From Lepidodermella squamata (Eukaryota; Animalia; Gastrotricha): a stretch of DNA of 64,000 bases. The stretch spans positions 186,001 to 250,000 of the forward strand of contig JBLDXI010000060.1 of assembly GCA_047495785.1 (NCBI GenBank). The letters run 5' to 3'. The position numbers and the translations under genes were made by a program. Within the stretch, counting starts at the first letter, position 1; every line of letters begins with the position of its first letter. This document shows positions 23,470 through 37,200 of this stretch, piece after piece. Below the pieces are notes generated by a model, which saw nothing but the letters and a program-made list of their open reading frames with translations, did not search any database and had not been told where the DNA came from.

Positions 23470-23996
23470 ATGGATTTGGATATGGTTGATGGAGGATGGT
23501 TTTATTGCTTTCCACAATTCAGCTTTGATAGGTTTTTCAGTAAATTATACAGAAATCTGAAGAGAATATCTGCACAGCGCTTTTCGACGAATTTTACCTT
23601 TGCAAGCCAGCTGCGTCTCACTCGAGGAATAGGTAGGTCTACTTCGTAGGAAAAGGTTACAGGAAAATCGATTGAAGAAAAATTGATGTGCCGCTTGGAG
23701 AAGTTCACGTTAACGCCGATTCTAGCAAAACAGGTTTTGGATCGATGATAAGGGGGAAATTGGTCAGGCTATCAATCTGATCGCCCAATTTTGCACAAGA
23801 TTTCCGGTCGACAAATGTTAGTTTACGACGTTATCAAGAGCTTTACGATGCTAATCGCAGCGATTTTTGATCGTTAGTACATGAGCCTGCGGAAACAGGC
23901 AAGACTCAGCTAGCAATCCTCTTAGCAGTCTTGACGATGCCGCTTGGCTGACGCCTGGTAAAACGCCCTAACAGCGTGGTCGAAACTATCGATTTG
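23470..23996 (+). pseudogene. Methyltransferase copy B3, heavily deleted relic
   Basis: Retains atggatttggatatggttgat, the intron donor region and the C-terminal cagcgtggtcgaaa; large internal deletions. Confidence 0.85.
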
Positions 23997-24102
23997 ACCA
24001 TCCTACCAATAAGATACGATTTCTTGATCTGAGCGAAACGAATTCATTTTATTTCACTTATAAACTATTCCTTTCTGTATCTCATTTTAGGTGGTATCAA
24101 TA

Positions 24103-25415
24103 ATGACAGATATTTTTAGGAAAGTGAAACTAACAAAAATCGATCTTGGGGCTTTAGAGAATGTTTTAGCTCAAGATAAATCGGAAGATTACGATGAGCC
24201 AAAACTATTGAAACTGAAGGAATCGTTGTTTCAAGCGATGAGGGATTGTTACATCAATGATCAAAAATTTACACAATCAACTGATCCCTTGTTTAAAGCT
24301 ATCCCGGAAATAGTGCATCAGTACAATGGTCAATGTGTAACGAATGGCTGGCTGAAATTCTACGAAGTCGCGAGTCACTTCAAACTGGTTAATTGCACAA
24401 GCGACAAGTTTATAGCATTTCACAACGCTGCTTTTCCAGGTTAGTTGGAACATGGGACCTGAATCTACGATTCTACTATGAAAATTTCTGATCAGGCGGG
24501 GCTTTGAGTGCGTACAATCACATGATTAAGACTAAGCCCGATCCTGACAAGTATGACTGGTTTGCGTCAGATTTATGGGAGAAAATCGTCGATCCTAGTA
24601 AATACGACAAAGATGAGCCGAAAGATGATTATGGATTCTACAGAGGCAATCAATCCAAGTGGCTGATGTCACGCAAGAACAGTGGAGACTGTACGTTAGT
24701 CGAGACTGTTCGCGGATTCAAAAAAGCTATTGGGCCTGGTTCAACGCATGGCGGTGTTGATTTTTGCTATCACGATGCCGCTACCTACGTTGGCAATGAC
24801 GAGGATCATGACCATGAAAAAGCAGAAGCGCATGCCCACCTAGGATGCGCACTGGCTGCGTTTCTTACGCTCAAGAAGGGTGGCTCTTTTGTGGCTGCGC
24901 AGTTCACATGCTTCCAAACACTGACGTGGAACCTGATTCTAATCTACTCTGCCTTATTCGAAGAGTTTTATCTCTGCAAGCCAGTATCTTCTCGTTCGAA
25001 AAACAGTGAGGTTTTTTTGATTGGAAAACATTTCAAGGGGCTTGAAGACTGTCAATGGCTTGAGAATGCTTTGATGGGGCGGCTGGAACAATTTTCTATG
25101 AAACCAATCTTATCGAAGAACGTTTTAGAGGATCAGGGTCGCTTTATCGAATCGATAAACCAGATCGTGGGTTTCTACACTGAAGCAGCCGAAAACCAGA
25201 TTGCAGTTTTACACCGAAACAAACAGCTTTACAATATTTTTGCACCGACACTCTGTGTGGGCGAGGAGCTTGAAAATGAACTGATTAATACAAGGAAACG
25301 CTGGTTTCAAAGCAATACGATAACCTATTTGGGAAAGCATGTTTGGTTGCCAAACAGCGATAAACGAAACCTCCAATCTAGTAAAAAGCCTGAATATTCA
25401 GGGAAAGTCTTATGA
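24103..25415 (+). CDS. FtsJ-like methyltransferase paralog C3, intact, 2 exons 24103-24439 and 24496-25415
   Basis: A 56-bp intron (24440-24495) joins the two ORFs in frame (AAFPG|GALSAYNHM); FVAAQFT (K to A). Confidence 0.85.
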
Positions 25416-25729
25416 AGCGATCAATATTCAAGCCAAGTCGATTTGTTAAGGATTTCTATTTGAAAAAAACCAAGCAAAAATAATCAACAACCTTGGGTTA
25501 ATGTGTTAGCGTGCCTGCTTGCCCTTTTGATCCTGAAATTGATTTCCAAAATAAAATAATGCAAATTACTTTTATTAAGCAACATAGCAAAGAAATAGCG
25601 TAGGAGCCTTAACCGGTACGTCTAGTGTCTAGTCGAAGGGGACGTCGATTCAAAGAAATTGAACAGTATTAATTATTTCAAAAATGTCGATAGTCTTGTA
25701 ATCAGTGTAGCATTACCACTCCTGCCTAA

Positions 25730-28196
25730 TTAATTAGCTGATGTCGCAGATGGTTCTTGGTCTGTATTTGCTTTTGTCAATGCGTGAAGCAAGATGAAAC
25801 CTGAAATCATCGACATAACAAGGCTGAGAACCGCCACTGCGATTTGCTGATTGATAGGATTTCCATCCAGCACGGCGAGTATAAAAATCGCAGCCAAGAG
25901 AACTGTTGCATTATTAGCAAGTACAAGAGAAAAATGCTGAAATCGTTTCGCGCTTTTGATTGTTCGTAGCTTGAATGCCGCTATGCTGCCAATGAGAAGG
26001 ACGAGAATAAGCCCGACCGCCAAAGCAATAATCCATCCTGTATGGTTCGAATCCGAGAGGCATCTTAGTTCGAAATATTGCTCCACTATATCAGTGCTTT
26101 CATCGTAAAAAGGCTCTGAAATCGAGATGTTGTCACATTTCCAGCCGCCTGATACAAGAAACCAGACAGTCAATATGTAGGTGAATGCCAGAAGACAAAT
26201 CACTGTCACCTTGGAGGCGGTTCTCGGAACCGTTTCGAATGAAATGACCTTAGTAGCCGCTTTCGTTCCTGGGGGATCTAGCATGTTGAGTTTCGTGCCG
26301 ACTATAGCCGTATTAGCACGAGTCTCCATTGTTGTCAGTGAAACATCAGAGGTTAAAGTTCCAGCTGATCGGTTCGGTTTCCCTTTCTTCCCCTTCATTG
26401 ATTGGTAGAAAGCTGAAAAGAGGCAAGTTGAAGGGACGCAGCATATTAAAGCAAGCCCGTAAACTAAGGTTACAGCCCTTGAAACTTCGATACCATAGAC
26501 GCTCGATTCATTGGTCTCACAAGTGAACAGTACCGCGGCTGCATTCAAAAGAAGGCAACCGAAAAAGCCGAGACACGCTAGTCCAGGCGTTCTAGGTTGA
26601 AATTTCGCTGCATTTCTCCTCATCGAAGCGTATGCCAATCCGACAAGCCAGCATACACCGGTTAAACCCGAGATGAATGTAACTGCGACGAAAGCTGAGA
26701 ATGGAACTTGAATCTCAGTTTTGACATACAAGCGTCGATCTCGGGGAGGCATGCCATCCGGACCGTTCCAGTTGACTAATCCGAGATTAACAACGCGATA
26801 ACTCTCATACGAATTAACAGGCGAGTTTTCCAAGAAAGTGAAGGCAAAAGCTCGACGTAAGCCAATTCCAGGCGTCCAATACATCAAAAAGTTACTGGAA
26901 CTGATCAAATCACCCTCCGAGTCGTATTTCATCCTGGCAGAATGCAGACCCTTGAAATCAACGGCGATCGCTTCTTTCAGCAACGCTTTGCTAACAACTT
27001 GTCGGTTCAATGCGAAATCACGTAGGGTTAGGTTATTTTCAGCTTTCAGCCGACGTTCGGCTCTATCCAGAATCAACGTTGCGTGAATTACGGCGTCGTG
27101 GCAAAGATATCGCCGCTCGTAATCAATCGCATTCGGCGTTCCATTTTTGAATTTCGCGAACATTACGTCGTATTCCGGCTGGTTGTAGCCGAACTCGCTC
27201 TTCTGAAGTGGCATGATATTGTCGTCAAAACCAACTGCGAATTCGAGTGATCGATTTAGTTGCTCCGTCAGAATGGATCGGCTGCAGTAGCTGGGGATAG
27301 AAGCATTCGGGTAGGTCAATGGGTTAGGCATTGCCGAGTCTGGAATTATGAAAGTGTACCTCGGACCTCTAATTCCAGCTCGGTAACACTCGCAGTACAA
27401 AGTGACCGTATCGGTGTGATTAGTGACGTAAGCAACTATGTAGCGAACATCGCTTTCTTTCAGCGATTGAGCTTTATCGGCGTTGAAACTTTCAATGGCA
27501 TCGAACCAAGTCACGTCCACGCCTTGATCGATAGCGATCTGTTGCAGATGCATGGCAGATACAATGTCTTTCACGTTTTGGGTGTAGGTGAACAGGGCGA
27601 ATCGGCGGGCGTTGAAAGTCTGTTTGATGAGTCTCACCATAGCGTAGTTCCTAGGCCGATTTGTTGGCATTGAGATGAACAAGTTGGTATAGATTTTTCG
27701 ATTATTCAGAGATGCTGAAACCAAAAAGATAATCCAAGAACCACGAGTGGCTATTTGTGAACTTACGAGACGTGCAAGCTGTGGCGATGTTGATGTAGTC
27801 CAGATGTTTAAGGAATCTACCGATTGCCTCACATCCGTTTGAAACCCACAAACCAATCGCAACAGGGGACTGGTATTTGTTTTGTTGTGCTAGGTCTGCA
27901 GCATTTACTTCCCAGAAATTTGTGAAATTCAAGAAAGATCGAACTGCATTCACAGCATTGACACGCTCATCTACCTCATCGATTTGAATGTTGTAGTCCG
28001 GTAAAACGTCTGTTCGAGAGTTCATTAGGGAGGCCGTGAATTGTGCACTCGCCCTGCAATCTTGGAGGATAAATGGCTCATTGCCTGTTATTCGAGTTGT
28101 GTGATGAAGCACAATGGTATATGGTTTCAGCCAGACTGGAGTTATCAGAAGCGACAAAATTCCGAGGAAAAACATTTTTCTCGAAAATGTGGACAT
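25730..28196 (-). CDS. Class C GPCR, GABA-B-receptor-like (Venus flytrap/ANF domain + 7TM), ~804 aa, 2 exons
   Basis: Signal peptide; R.DVLPDYNI; intron 27715-27766 gives ACTSPSLNNRKIY; seven hydrophobic segments with GABA-B-like P....GC and W.....G...AFKLR; no cysteine-rich domain. Confidence 0.85.
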
Positions 28197-29201
28197 AAAT
28201 TGTTTTCGAGCAATTGAACGGCGTTAGTTGCAGCACCTCGGGTATTGCGCCTACACGACAGACGCTAATTACGAAATTGATTATTTCTTTGGAATTAAAG
28301 ATGAAATTTGAAGCTTTTGTGAGTGTTCATAAAGTTAATGGCCTTAGACACACGAGCTAAGTTCGCAATGTCTCATTCGAGAAAATTCTTTCGTTCGACG
28401 CCTATGATGACGAATTTTAATAAGGAAGAGTGCAGGCCAGAGGCTAATTCAGCATGTTCTACAGCTGCCACTCCCTTCGAGTTCGATCATGGGAACTCTC
28501 TTGGGTAAAATGTCCATGCTTGGCATCAATTATCGTGTTTGTCACGTAGTTGAGTCTCTGCAGGTCAGTTTCTTAGCTCGAAAAGATCATAAATCCAGAG
28601 AGCAAAATACTAGCAGGGAACATTGCTATTTGCTACTAGTTCGCTGGTGGGAAAGAGATAACAGGAAATCGATCTTGTTAGTAGGATCTTGGATCCCCCA
28701 AGAATATTTACTCTTAATAAAATATCACGATTTTTCTCGCGGAATCCCGGCACAAAATTACCCTTCGATGAAGACATTTATGAATGAGCAAGTCATTTCC
28801 AGTAGATTTCCAAAGGCCTAATTCGCTCTCTGCTGAGCCACAGCTTGGTTCTGTCAGTTCAACTTTGCATCGAGAACAGCCGGCCCATGAGAATCGGAAT
28901 GATTGGTTACATTGGAACTTGGAACTAGAGATAATCAGAACGATACATTTATTTCCACTTGCGTTCGCTAAGTAATCATAACTAATCAAATTAACTAAAG
29001 AATTACATAACAAGGCGCAGCAAATTTCGAAGCAGGTAGGGTGGGATACTTGAATTTATTCTTATTTTTCCAAAACAATTTGCGAAGAATCCGCAAAAAC
29101 CGAACGCGACATGCAAGTGTGCTAGTAAATTTAAGACCAACAGTGGCAGGGTTGAGCCACGTGCTTATTGTAATTATAATATGTGACAGGGAGAATTTTC
29201 G

Positions 29202-31496
29202 TCAATCTTCAAGGTGCATAGCTCCAGCCCCCAACAATAGCTCGATGCATCTCTGCTTATCATCAGGCGCCACATCAGTCTTGCAGTTCGTTGCTGCGGA
29301 TAAAGCCGTCCATCCGTTTGACAGCATTCGGGCGTTCACGTTTATACCACGTGAGTTTAATAAGAAATCTAAAACATGGGAGTGACCGTTATACGCAGCG
29401 ATCATTAACGGCGTAACACCATCATTCCTCGCGGCATTCACATCGGCGTTGAAGTCTCCAGCGAGAATCTTCACGATTTCCAATTGACCATTCTGAGCTG
29501 CGAAGTGTAACGGTGTAGCACCATTATTCCTCGCTGCATTCACATCGGCGTTGAAGTCCCCAGCGAGAATCTTCACGATTTCCAATTGACCATTCTGAGC
29601 TGCGAAGTGTAACGGTGTAGCACCATTATTCCTCGCTGCATTCACATCGGCGTTGAAGTCTCCAGCGAGAAGCTTCACGATTTCCAATTCGCCACTCTGA
29701 GCAGCTATATACAACGGTGTGGCACCATCATGTTTTGCTGCATTCACATCGGCGTTGAAGTCTCCAGCGAGAAGCTTAACGATTTCGAAATGACCATTCT
29801 GAGCAGCGATCCACAGTGGCGTCGCCCCGTTATTCGCCACTGCATCGACATTCGCACTCAAATTTGTCGCAAGCACTTGCACGACTTTGATGTACCCATT
29901 TTTAGCAGCCAAGTAAACTGCAGTTCTGCCTTGGTCATCCACCAAGTCAACGTTGGCTCCATACTTTTCCACTAATGGTTTCATAAATTCATCCATTCCC
30001 TCTTGTGCTGCAATCATCAGTGGCGTGAAGCTGTCGTCGTTCCGACTGTTCACGTCCAAATTCAATCGCTTATCCTCCAGCAATTTCTCAATTTCGGGCA
30101 ACATTCTTCGTTGCCTCGAGTATTTAAATAGCAGCTGTCAGTGATAAAAGCAGTTAGAATTTTAGAATGTGTACCGCAACAAATCATCGACGTTAAAGCT
30201 CACCTTCAACGCCGCTTCAGAATCTATTACAGTGCTGCTATCGTTTGTTGGAGTGGATGTATTTCCTCTTTCAGCATGTTGGTTAGGCGTCAAAAAGGAG
30301 CTTGCTAGCAAGTCATTCATGGTAGCTCGTCTTGATTTATCTTTTCGTAGCATAGATAGCACGAAGTTACGGAACTCTTGAGAAAATCTGAGATGGTCGA
30401 ATTTCGGCTGGGCTGATTCCCTGAATACGGGAGAGACATATCAATTATTGATTATATTTCTTCGAATTCAATTATATTTCTTGCTCGGAGTGCAGCAGAC
30501 ATTGAGAAGCAGCGCAAAGTCTTGAAACTCACTGATTTATATCTCGAATCGTTTCGAACTGCGTAAGAATTATGATATGTTGAACGCCGAGAGCCATATT
30601 ACATATAATTATTACACACAGGTAGGCGAAAATGAGCCAATTCGAACAGCGTGACACCGAGAGACCACCAATCACTGGCTGGTGAATGCTGCTCATTGTG
30701 AAAAATCTCTGGCGCGGCGTAAATCGGCGTTCCGAGTCCTAAGGTTGTACTGTTGGACGTTCTGGAAACGAAAAGTTAAAGCGGTCATCGCTGGCGCATT
30801 GTGAGAAGTTTTACCCATCATAGATTTTTGCAAATCCGAAATCGCCCAACTTGACAGTTTTCCCATCGTCACATAGGAATATGTTTTTTGGCTTGATATC
30901 CCGATGGAGTGCCCTATTTTCGTGCAAGCAGTGTATGGCCGATACTAATTGTTGAGCCCAGTGCCGTAGTAATTGTTCTTCAACAGTACCGTTGTTTTGT
31001 TTGGTTCGTTTAATGTAGTCTTCCAAATCTCCGCCAGGACAAAACTCCATGACTAGGTAGTACATATGATCACCCAGGTGCCATGGTTTGTTCTTGCTCT
31101 GGTTTGTATCATCAATTTCGAACAACAGTTCTGGATTTAAAAGTATTTTTTTAAATAATGCTTCCAGTCTTCATCTGACCTTCAAACGCGCCATGAACAG
31201 CGACAATGTAAGGGTGATTAAGATTTTGCAGCTTGACATGCTGGATGGAATAATCAACAATTTCAATTAGAAAATTAATTTTATCATGCCAAATCGACCT
31301 CATTGCGGGCCAATTCGACTAATTTCCTAGCCATATCTTGTTCATAGCTCCGTCCAATCGTGCTGAGATTGACCACTTTCACAGCGTAGGGCGCAACATC
31401 ATTGTTGACATTGCAGTGCCAAACCGATCCAAAGGCGCCGCTACCTAATTTTTTTATTTTGTTGAACTCAGAGAATGATTGAAACCTCTGCAGCAT
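29202..31496 (-). CDS. Multi-exon Ser/Thr kinase (NEK-like) fused to C-terminal ankyrin repeats
   Basis: [15 protein letters not shown]|[43 protein letters not shown]. The splice AAG|gtgagc...gacag|CTG joins the kinase tail in frame to the ankyrin ORF. Confidence 0.85.
29410..29830. repeat. Near-identical 102-bp (34-aa) coding tandem repeats in the ankyrin array
   Basis: gcattcacatcggcgttgaagtc recurs every 102 bp, four times. Confidence 0.9.
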
Positions 31497-31743
31497 TTTA
31501 CCCGAGCAAAAAAATGAGAGCCTCAAAAAGCAGCAAACTTGCAAACTGCCATTGCGGACATATCTCAATTTTATGTTTTGTTATCTTATCGAGCACTCGG
31601 ATAATTTGCCGGCCTGGGTTTTGTGGGCAAACGTCCTACACAATTCAACATTCAACGCAACGAATAACTTTATTTGGCTCACATTTAGCCTGCGATCTGC
31701 GATTGAATATTAAATTTTCTGAGGTTTTTAACTGATAATTACC

Positions 31744-32547
31744 ATGGCAATTAGTATGGAGACGGCCGAACAATTCACAACGCTGATCCAGCTGCTCGGT
31801 GAGATTTCAGACGAGCAAATGGAGCTCGGACGCTCGGTATCGTTGATACAGAACGCTGTCCTGAAGGTAATCGCGTTAAAGCAGAACGAGGCAGACAAGG
31901 AAAGGGTTAATCATCTCATCGAAAAAATCACAAACGAGGACCTACTGGTCATCACGGGACTGCCGGAGGTAGACTGGCAGGAGGCAACCAGACAGCTGTT
32001 GCCGAAACACCTAACCGACTTGGAGAGTCCAAGAACGAAAAGCGGACGGAGCGGTCGTGGTGGAATTTATTGAAGATGCTGCCCGGTCAAAACAGCGAGT
32101 GCTGGCTGAGGCCAGAATGTGGCCACCACCGCTCAAGGCCTTCCACCCGCAAACGGGTCACATGCAAGAAGTGACGGAGATTCTAGCAAAGGAGAAGAAA
32201 GCATATGATGAGCAGGGTTTCAGGGGGCTCGAAATTCGTGGGGCAAGCCTGGTGCAAGAGCGGGCCTGCATCATGGAGTACTCCTCTCTGGCGAAAAGCA
32301 TTGTTCCGAAACACCAGCCGATGGAGGACTTCAAGCCATTCGAACCGTATCAACAGAACCCGAACTATCAACAGAGCCCAAGATATTACCAAAACTTCAA
32401 CAATCAAAGCACCAACTACCGCAATTTCAACAACAACGGCGGCAAAACAATCGCAACAATCGTAATTTCAACGACTTCAACAACTACGACAACAACGGCC
32501 ACAACTATGGCTACGGTGCTCAAGGTGGCAGGGCCAATGGCTGGTAG
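31744..32547 (+). pseudogene. LINE (CR1/L2-type) ORF1-like protein, frameshifted, with Asn-rich tail
   Basis: Coiled-coil N-terminus, LLVITGLPE (RRM beta1-like), VVEF, K..VL..A and C-terminal QG...IRG..L; two frame breaks; no RT downstream. Confidence 0.5.
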
Positions 32548-32900
32548 GCCGGGCTTCGCCCACCCCCATGTTCGAATCGATATGAAATATTGACGGACCT
32601 GAATGACAACGATGACTTTATGATTACTACTAGCTGTGATGAAAATTTTGAAGAGGACGAAGGCAACGCTAAGAAGGGCAAAAAATCACTAAAAACACGG
32701 CAAAAAAGTAAAAGTAAAACAACCCTTCCGAATTTCTTGTCATAGTTGAACTGTTCAACTATGAAAAGAAATTAAGCATCTTAATGAATCCCCTTTTATT
32801 ACATCTTTACAAAGGCTCGCTATCACTCGCGCTGACGTTAAGTTCGCATTTCTCTCCACGCATCATCTTCAGAGCCTTCAGAAGGGGGAAATCCCGCCGT

Positions 32901-33288
32901 TCAATGCTTGCGCTCATACGACAGCCATAAAGTCTGCGGATCAAAGGGATTGGTTTTACTGCACGAGGATGACAAAGCACATTGATTTGTCCTAATTTGG
33001 TAGGAGAAGCCATTGCACTTGGAGCGGGTCCATCGATCGCATAGCGCGGCACAATCCTCGACCGTGTTGATATTCATTTTGTCGCGCCAGCCATAAATCT
33101 TAACAATGGTGGCGTAATCAAAGCAATCGAACTTCAACGGGGTGAAATTCGGCAGACCTTGATGAAGGGGATAATATGAAAGAAAACAATTTTAATTATT
33201 ATCGTAGAACTGATGAAAGCTTATTACTTGCGGACGACGCAAGTCCAATAGCTGCAGCCACGAAGACGAGACCGATTTGCGTGTGCAT
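32901..33288 (-). CDS. Small secreted PAN/apple-domain protein, 2 exons
   Basis: Signal MHTQIGLVFVAAAIGLASSA, intron 33158-33227, TVEDCAALC...CNGFSY....QCALS. Confidence 0.75.
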
Positions 33289-34239
33289 GTCGACTTAAAA
33301 CAATGTTTAGTGAAGAAGAGAAAATTAACGAATGACAGAAAAACGGTAAATTCTCACTGGAAGCCGGCTACTGTTGAAATCAGTTGATTCGTTTCAGCTG
33401 CTCGTCTAGACTATAGACGTCACTGTCGTTAGCTTCGCGCTTCAAGGCTCCGACCAGGGTATTTTGAAGCAGCTGCTTTGGGTACCGACTCAGCCAGAGA
33501 AAATAAAGCTATCGAGAAGCGAAAACGCTTAACAACAGCAGAAGCAATGAAGATTCAGCAATATGGCATGGCCGATTTCGTAGTCAAGAGTCAAGAGCTA
33601 CAATGTACAACTGACAAACCAGCTCCCAGCAGTTCGACAAGAGCCGCTTGCTGGATTGTAAGATGATGCTCAACGCCATTGCGTAACTTACAAAACCAAA
33701 TGGATATCGGATTCCGGCTCAAATAGTATAGAATTTCGCCCGACGCTAGACATGAAATAATACTCGACCGCAGTCGTCGGGCGACAACGAATTTTAAAGT
33801 GCTTACAGGCAACCAGAGCATCCAATAAGATTCCTCAAATGTTCGACGCATGGCTTGCTCAGAAATGCTGGATTATTTGAGCCGAAATCTTAAATCCCGT
33901 TTCCAATGCGTACATCCGGCTCTTTGCTACAATTGAATAAAGAAGCCTTGATGGGAGACTGGAGACTTACCGTTGCTCCTAAGGTTGCTCCCCTTCCTCT
34001 GTTTTACTCAGGGAATGAATATTGTCGCCTTTTCAGAGAGCGAATATGACAGTAGGGCAGGTCTTGCAGCTTGTAGCGATAAAGAAAATCGTCACTGGGG
34101 TCTCTCCTTTGGTCTTTGCCTAAGGTGTAAACCAAGAGGAACCGAAGAACCAAAGAGAAGCTGGGTTTGAATTAGACTTTTTATTTTAAAGAAAATTGCA
34201 GAAACATTTGGCGTTCAATTCACTCAAACATTGGGATGC

Positions 34240-37200
34240 TAGATGATTGCGCGAACCGTGTAACGGTCACGCGGCGGCAGCCGCGGCTTAGGCCTTTGGC
34301 TCGCGCCTCCGGCCGCTCGCCGGCCTAAAGTGAGGAAAAATGCACCGCAACCTGCCACTTTTAGAGGGCGCCCCCCCTTCCGCTCATCGTAAAAATACGG
34401 GAAAAATACCGGCGGATAGCGCTTCTCAAATAACCCCGAACAAAGATTTTCTGGACAAATCCATCGAACGGCTGATTTTTAGCGATTTTTTATTCATATA
34501 TGCAAATGACATTTTATGAATATTCATGAGCCCTGACCTACTTCGGCTGGGTCACCGCCGCCGGCATACTCATGACCTAGGTCACAACTTTATTACGCGT
34601 GAGCGCAAAATTTTAATTTGAAATCAATTTGTTGACCCCTTTGGGGCCCCTCCCCGGGGGGAGGGGCACATCAAAAAATTCGTCTCAATGTTTTCTATCA
34701 AACAGTCCAAACCCGGTATTTATCGGATGTACGGTTGATTTTCTACGAATTCTTTAACGTGGAAATTTCACAAAATCAGACTCTCAAAAACCAGGTATAA
34801 ATTTTTCGACACGCGGGTAACACCCTTTCAGGTGCGGAATTTGTCGTGTTCAAAGTTGATTTTTAGCTACTCTGAAGGATGGCGGATTTTTTGGTGCTAA
34901 AGCCGCCGCGAGATTCCGCAATTTTCCTTTGACCGCAGCGTTTGGCGCGCGGTTGATTTTTAGTGAAATTGAAAATTTCAATTTTTCCGTCTTCCGTCAA
35001 ATTATTTGACACCTTACCCTGATAGTGCTCCTATGTGAATGCACGTAAAATGTAGCAAATTTTCCGCTGATTTTATAGAGACCAATCAGGTCATCATAGC
35101 CCTCATGGTTGTTGAAATATAAGAGGCGCGGCAAAACGCGTTTTTCAGCGTATTTTTATCGCGCTGGCGGCGCTCACACACTCACTCAGAGTCGATTTCT
35201 GTCAAATTTAAAACGCTTTTAACCGTTTTGTGCGCACATGACAATTACACTGTCCGATGTAGAATTTCAAGACGAATCGAACGAGCTTAAGCCCGTTCTC
35301 GTAGCCCTCATAGTTATTTAGGTGAAAGAGGCGCGGTCGATCCACCTCAAAATTTCGAAATTTTGATGTTTTTGTGAATTTTTTCACGACGATTTGGGAG
35401 ACTCTCGGCGTGATACAATAACCATTTCTAGTACAGAATTTGACGGGCTTTCGAACGGTAAAAACCGCATGTTAATAACTCGCACCGTCTTCAGCCAGTA
35501 AGCCGCGCGGTAAAATGTGCGATAAAAACACACTTGGTAAATTTTGAAATTTCGCTTCTACAATACCGGATCTCATATTTTGTTCTGTGCGCACATTAAA
35601 ATGATACAGGCCGACGTAGAATTTTCAGACGAATCGAACGAGCCTAAGCCCGTTGTCGTAGCCATCACCGTTTTTCAGTTATGAGAGCCGCGGTCGAATT
35701 CCAAAACGCGGTCACACATGCGCATTTTTCGATTCTAACTTGAAGTTTTAACCGCCTTCCGCTTTTTGTGTGCAAATTATTCCGCGTTTTGCATGTGCAG
35801 AAAATTGCCAGGAATCGAATGAGACTAAGCACGACTTGCTAGCCATCACGGATCAAGCGTTTTTGGGGGTGCAAAAAGTCGAAAAATATCGGGAAACATC
35901 CACCTTAAACCTTGAAATTTTCGAAATTTCGCACGTTTTGTAATTATTCTCGCGGCAATCTGGAAGCGTCCTCTGAAAATAAAACCACCGATCCTTGTGC
36001 AGAATTCCACGGGCTATCTAACGGTCGAAACCCCAAGTTTATAGCTCCCACCGTTTTTTGCGAATAATCCACGCGGTAAAAACTGAGATAAAAAACAAAC
36101 GAATAAATTTTTGAAATTTCGATTTGTTAATTCCGGATAATATCTAACTGCGACTGCAGTGAGAAATATTTATTTTAAGTAGGTAACTCGAGGCGCTCTA
36201 TTGAATGGCATTGGCCCTATTTTCCCAGGACGCGCCCATTTGGCGCCACACTTCTTGTCGATGTCAAATTTTATAAATCTTGTTGACCAAGTTTGCGCTC
36301 TCATTTCAGTTTTTAGTGGATTTGCGCTGATTTCATGATGATTTTAACGCTAAGAGCGGGGTCGGCCGGTCATTTTGAGACCAGACTCGTTTTGTTGTAG
36401 CTCTCGTACATTGGGCGTTATTCACCGTGCGGTAAAACCAGCTGCGCACTGCTCTTACTTTTTTCATTTTAACCGCAATTTTTAACCGCCTCCCGCTCTT
36501 TGAATGCAAAATATTACGCGTTCACTATGCTCAGAAATTTACGAGGAATCGAATGAGACTAAGCATGAGTTCCTAGCTATCACGGTTGCGGAGTTATTGC
36601 GGGTAATAAAGTTTAAAAAATGCAGGCATCATGAGTCAATCTTAAAACTTGAAAATTTCGAAATTTCGCAGTTTTTGTGATTTATCTTGCGGCAACCTGG
36701 AAGCGTCGTAGCATGATATAATAACGGTGTCTAGACCAGAACTTTACGGGCTTTCTAGCGGTGAAAACATTACGTTCGTAGCTCCTATCGTTTTTTGCGG
36801 TAAAACCTGAGATAAAAAACAAACTAAGGAATTCTTTTACTAAATTTAATTTTTCAATTCCGGAATTTTATACTGCGGTCCAGATTTTAAGTATACTGCG
36901 ACCAAAATTCAGTTGAAATTGGGTTTATCGTTCGCAAAAAAGTGTGTCTGTATAAAAATATTTAAAAATGGAAGAAATCAACGAACTGCTGCCAAATTTA
37001 TGTACCATTCTCATGAAATAAATTCACACAAAAAACGTGATTTTTTAGATTTTTTCAAATAATCATGAAAAAATGAGGCCGTAGTTGGGAAGCTGTCGAG
37101 CCTATCAAAATAAACAGAAAGTTTAGAATGATATGGTGAAATTGCTAGAAAAAATTGGCAAAAATTGGCAGAAAAAATTGAAATATACAACGTGTCCCAT

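Noticed and set aside
4990-25450. Whole region as an endogenous giant-virus insertion or a contaminant contig
   Set aside because: No other recognisable viral genes; B and C have host-type introns and the repeat unit includes part of a host GPCR.
33478-34170. Possible exon remnants with splice-like sites
   Set aside because: Multiple stops in the frames examined; no family recognised.
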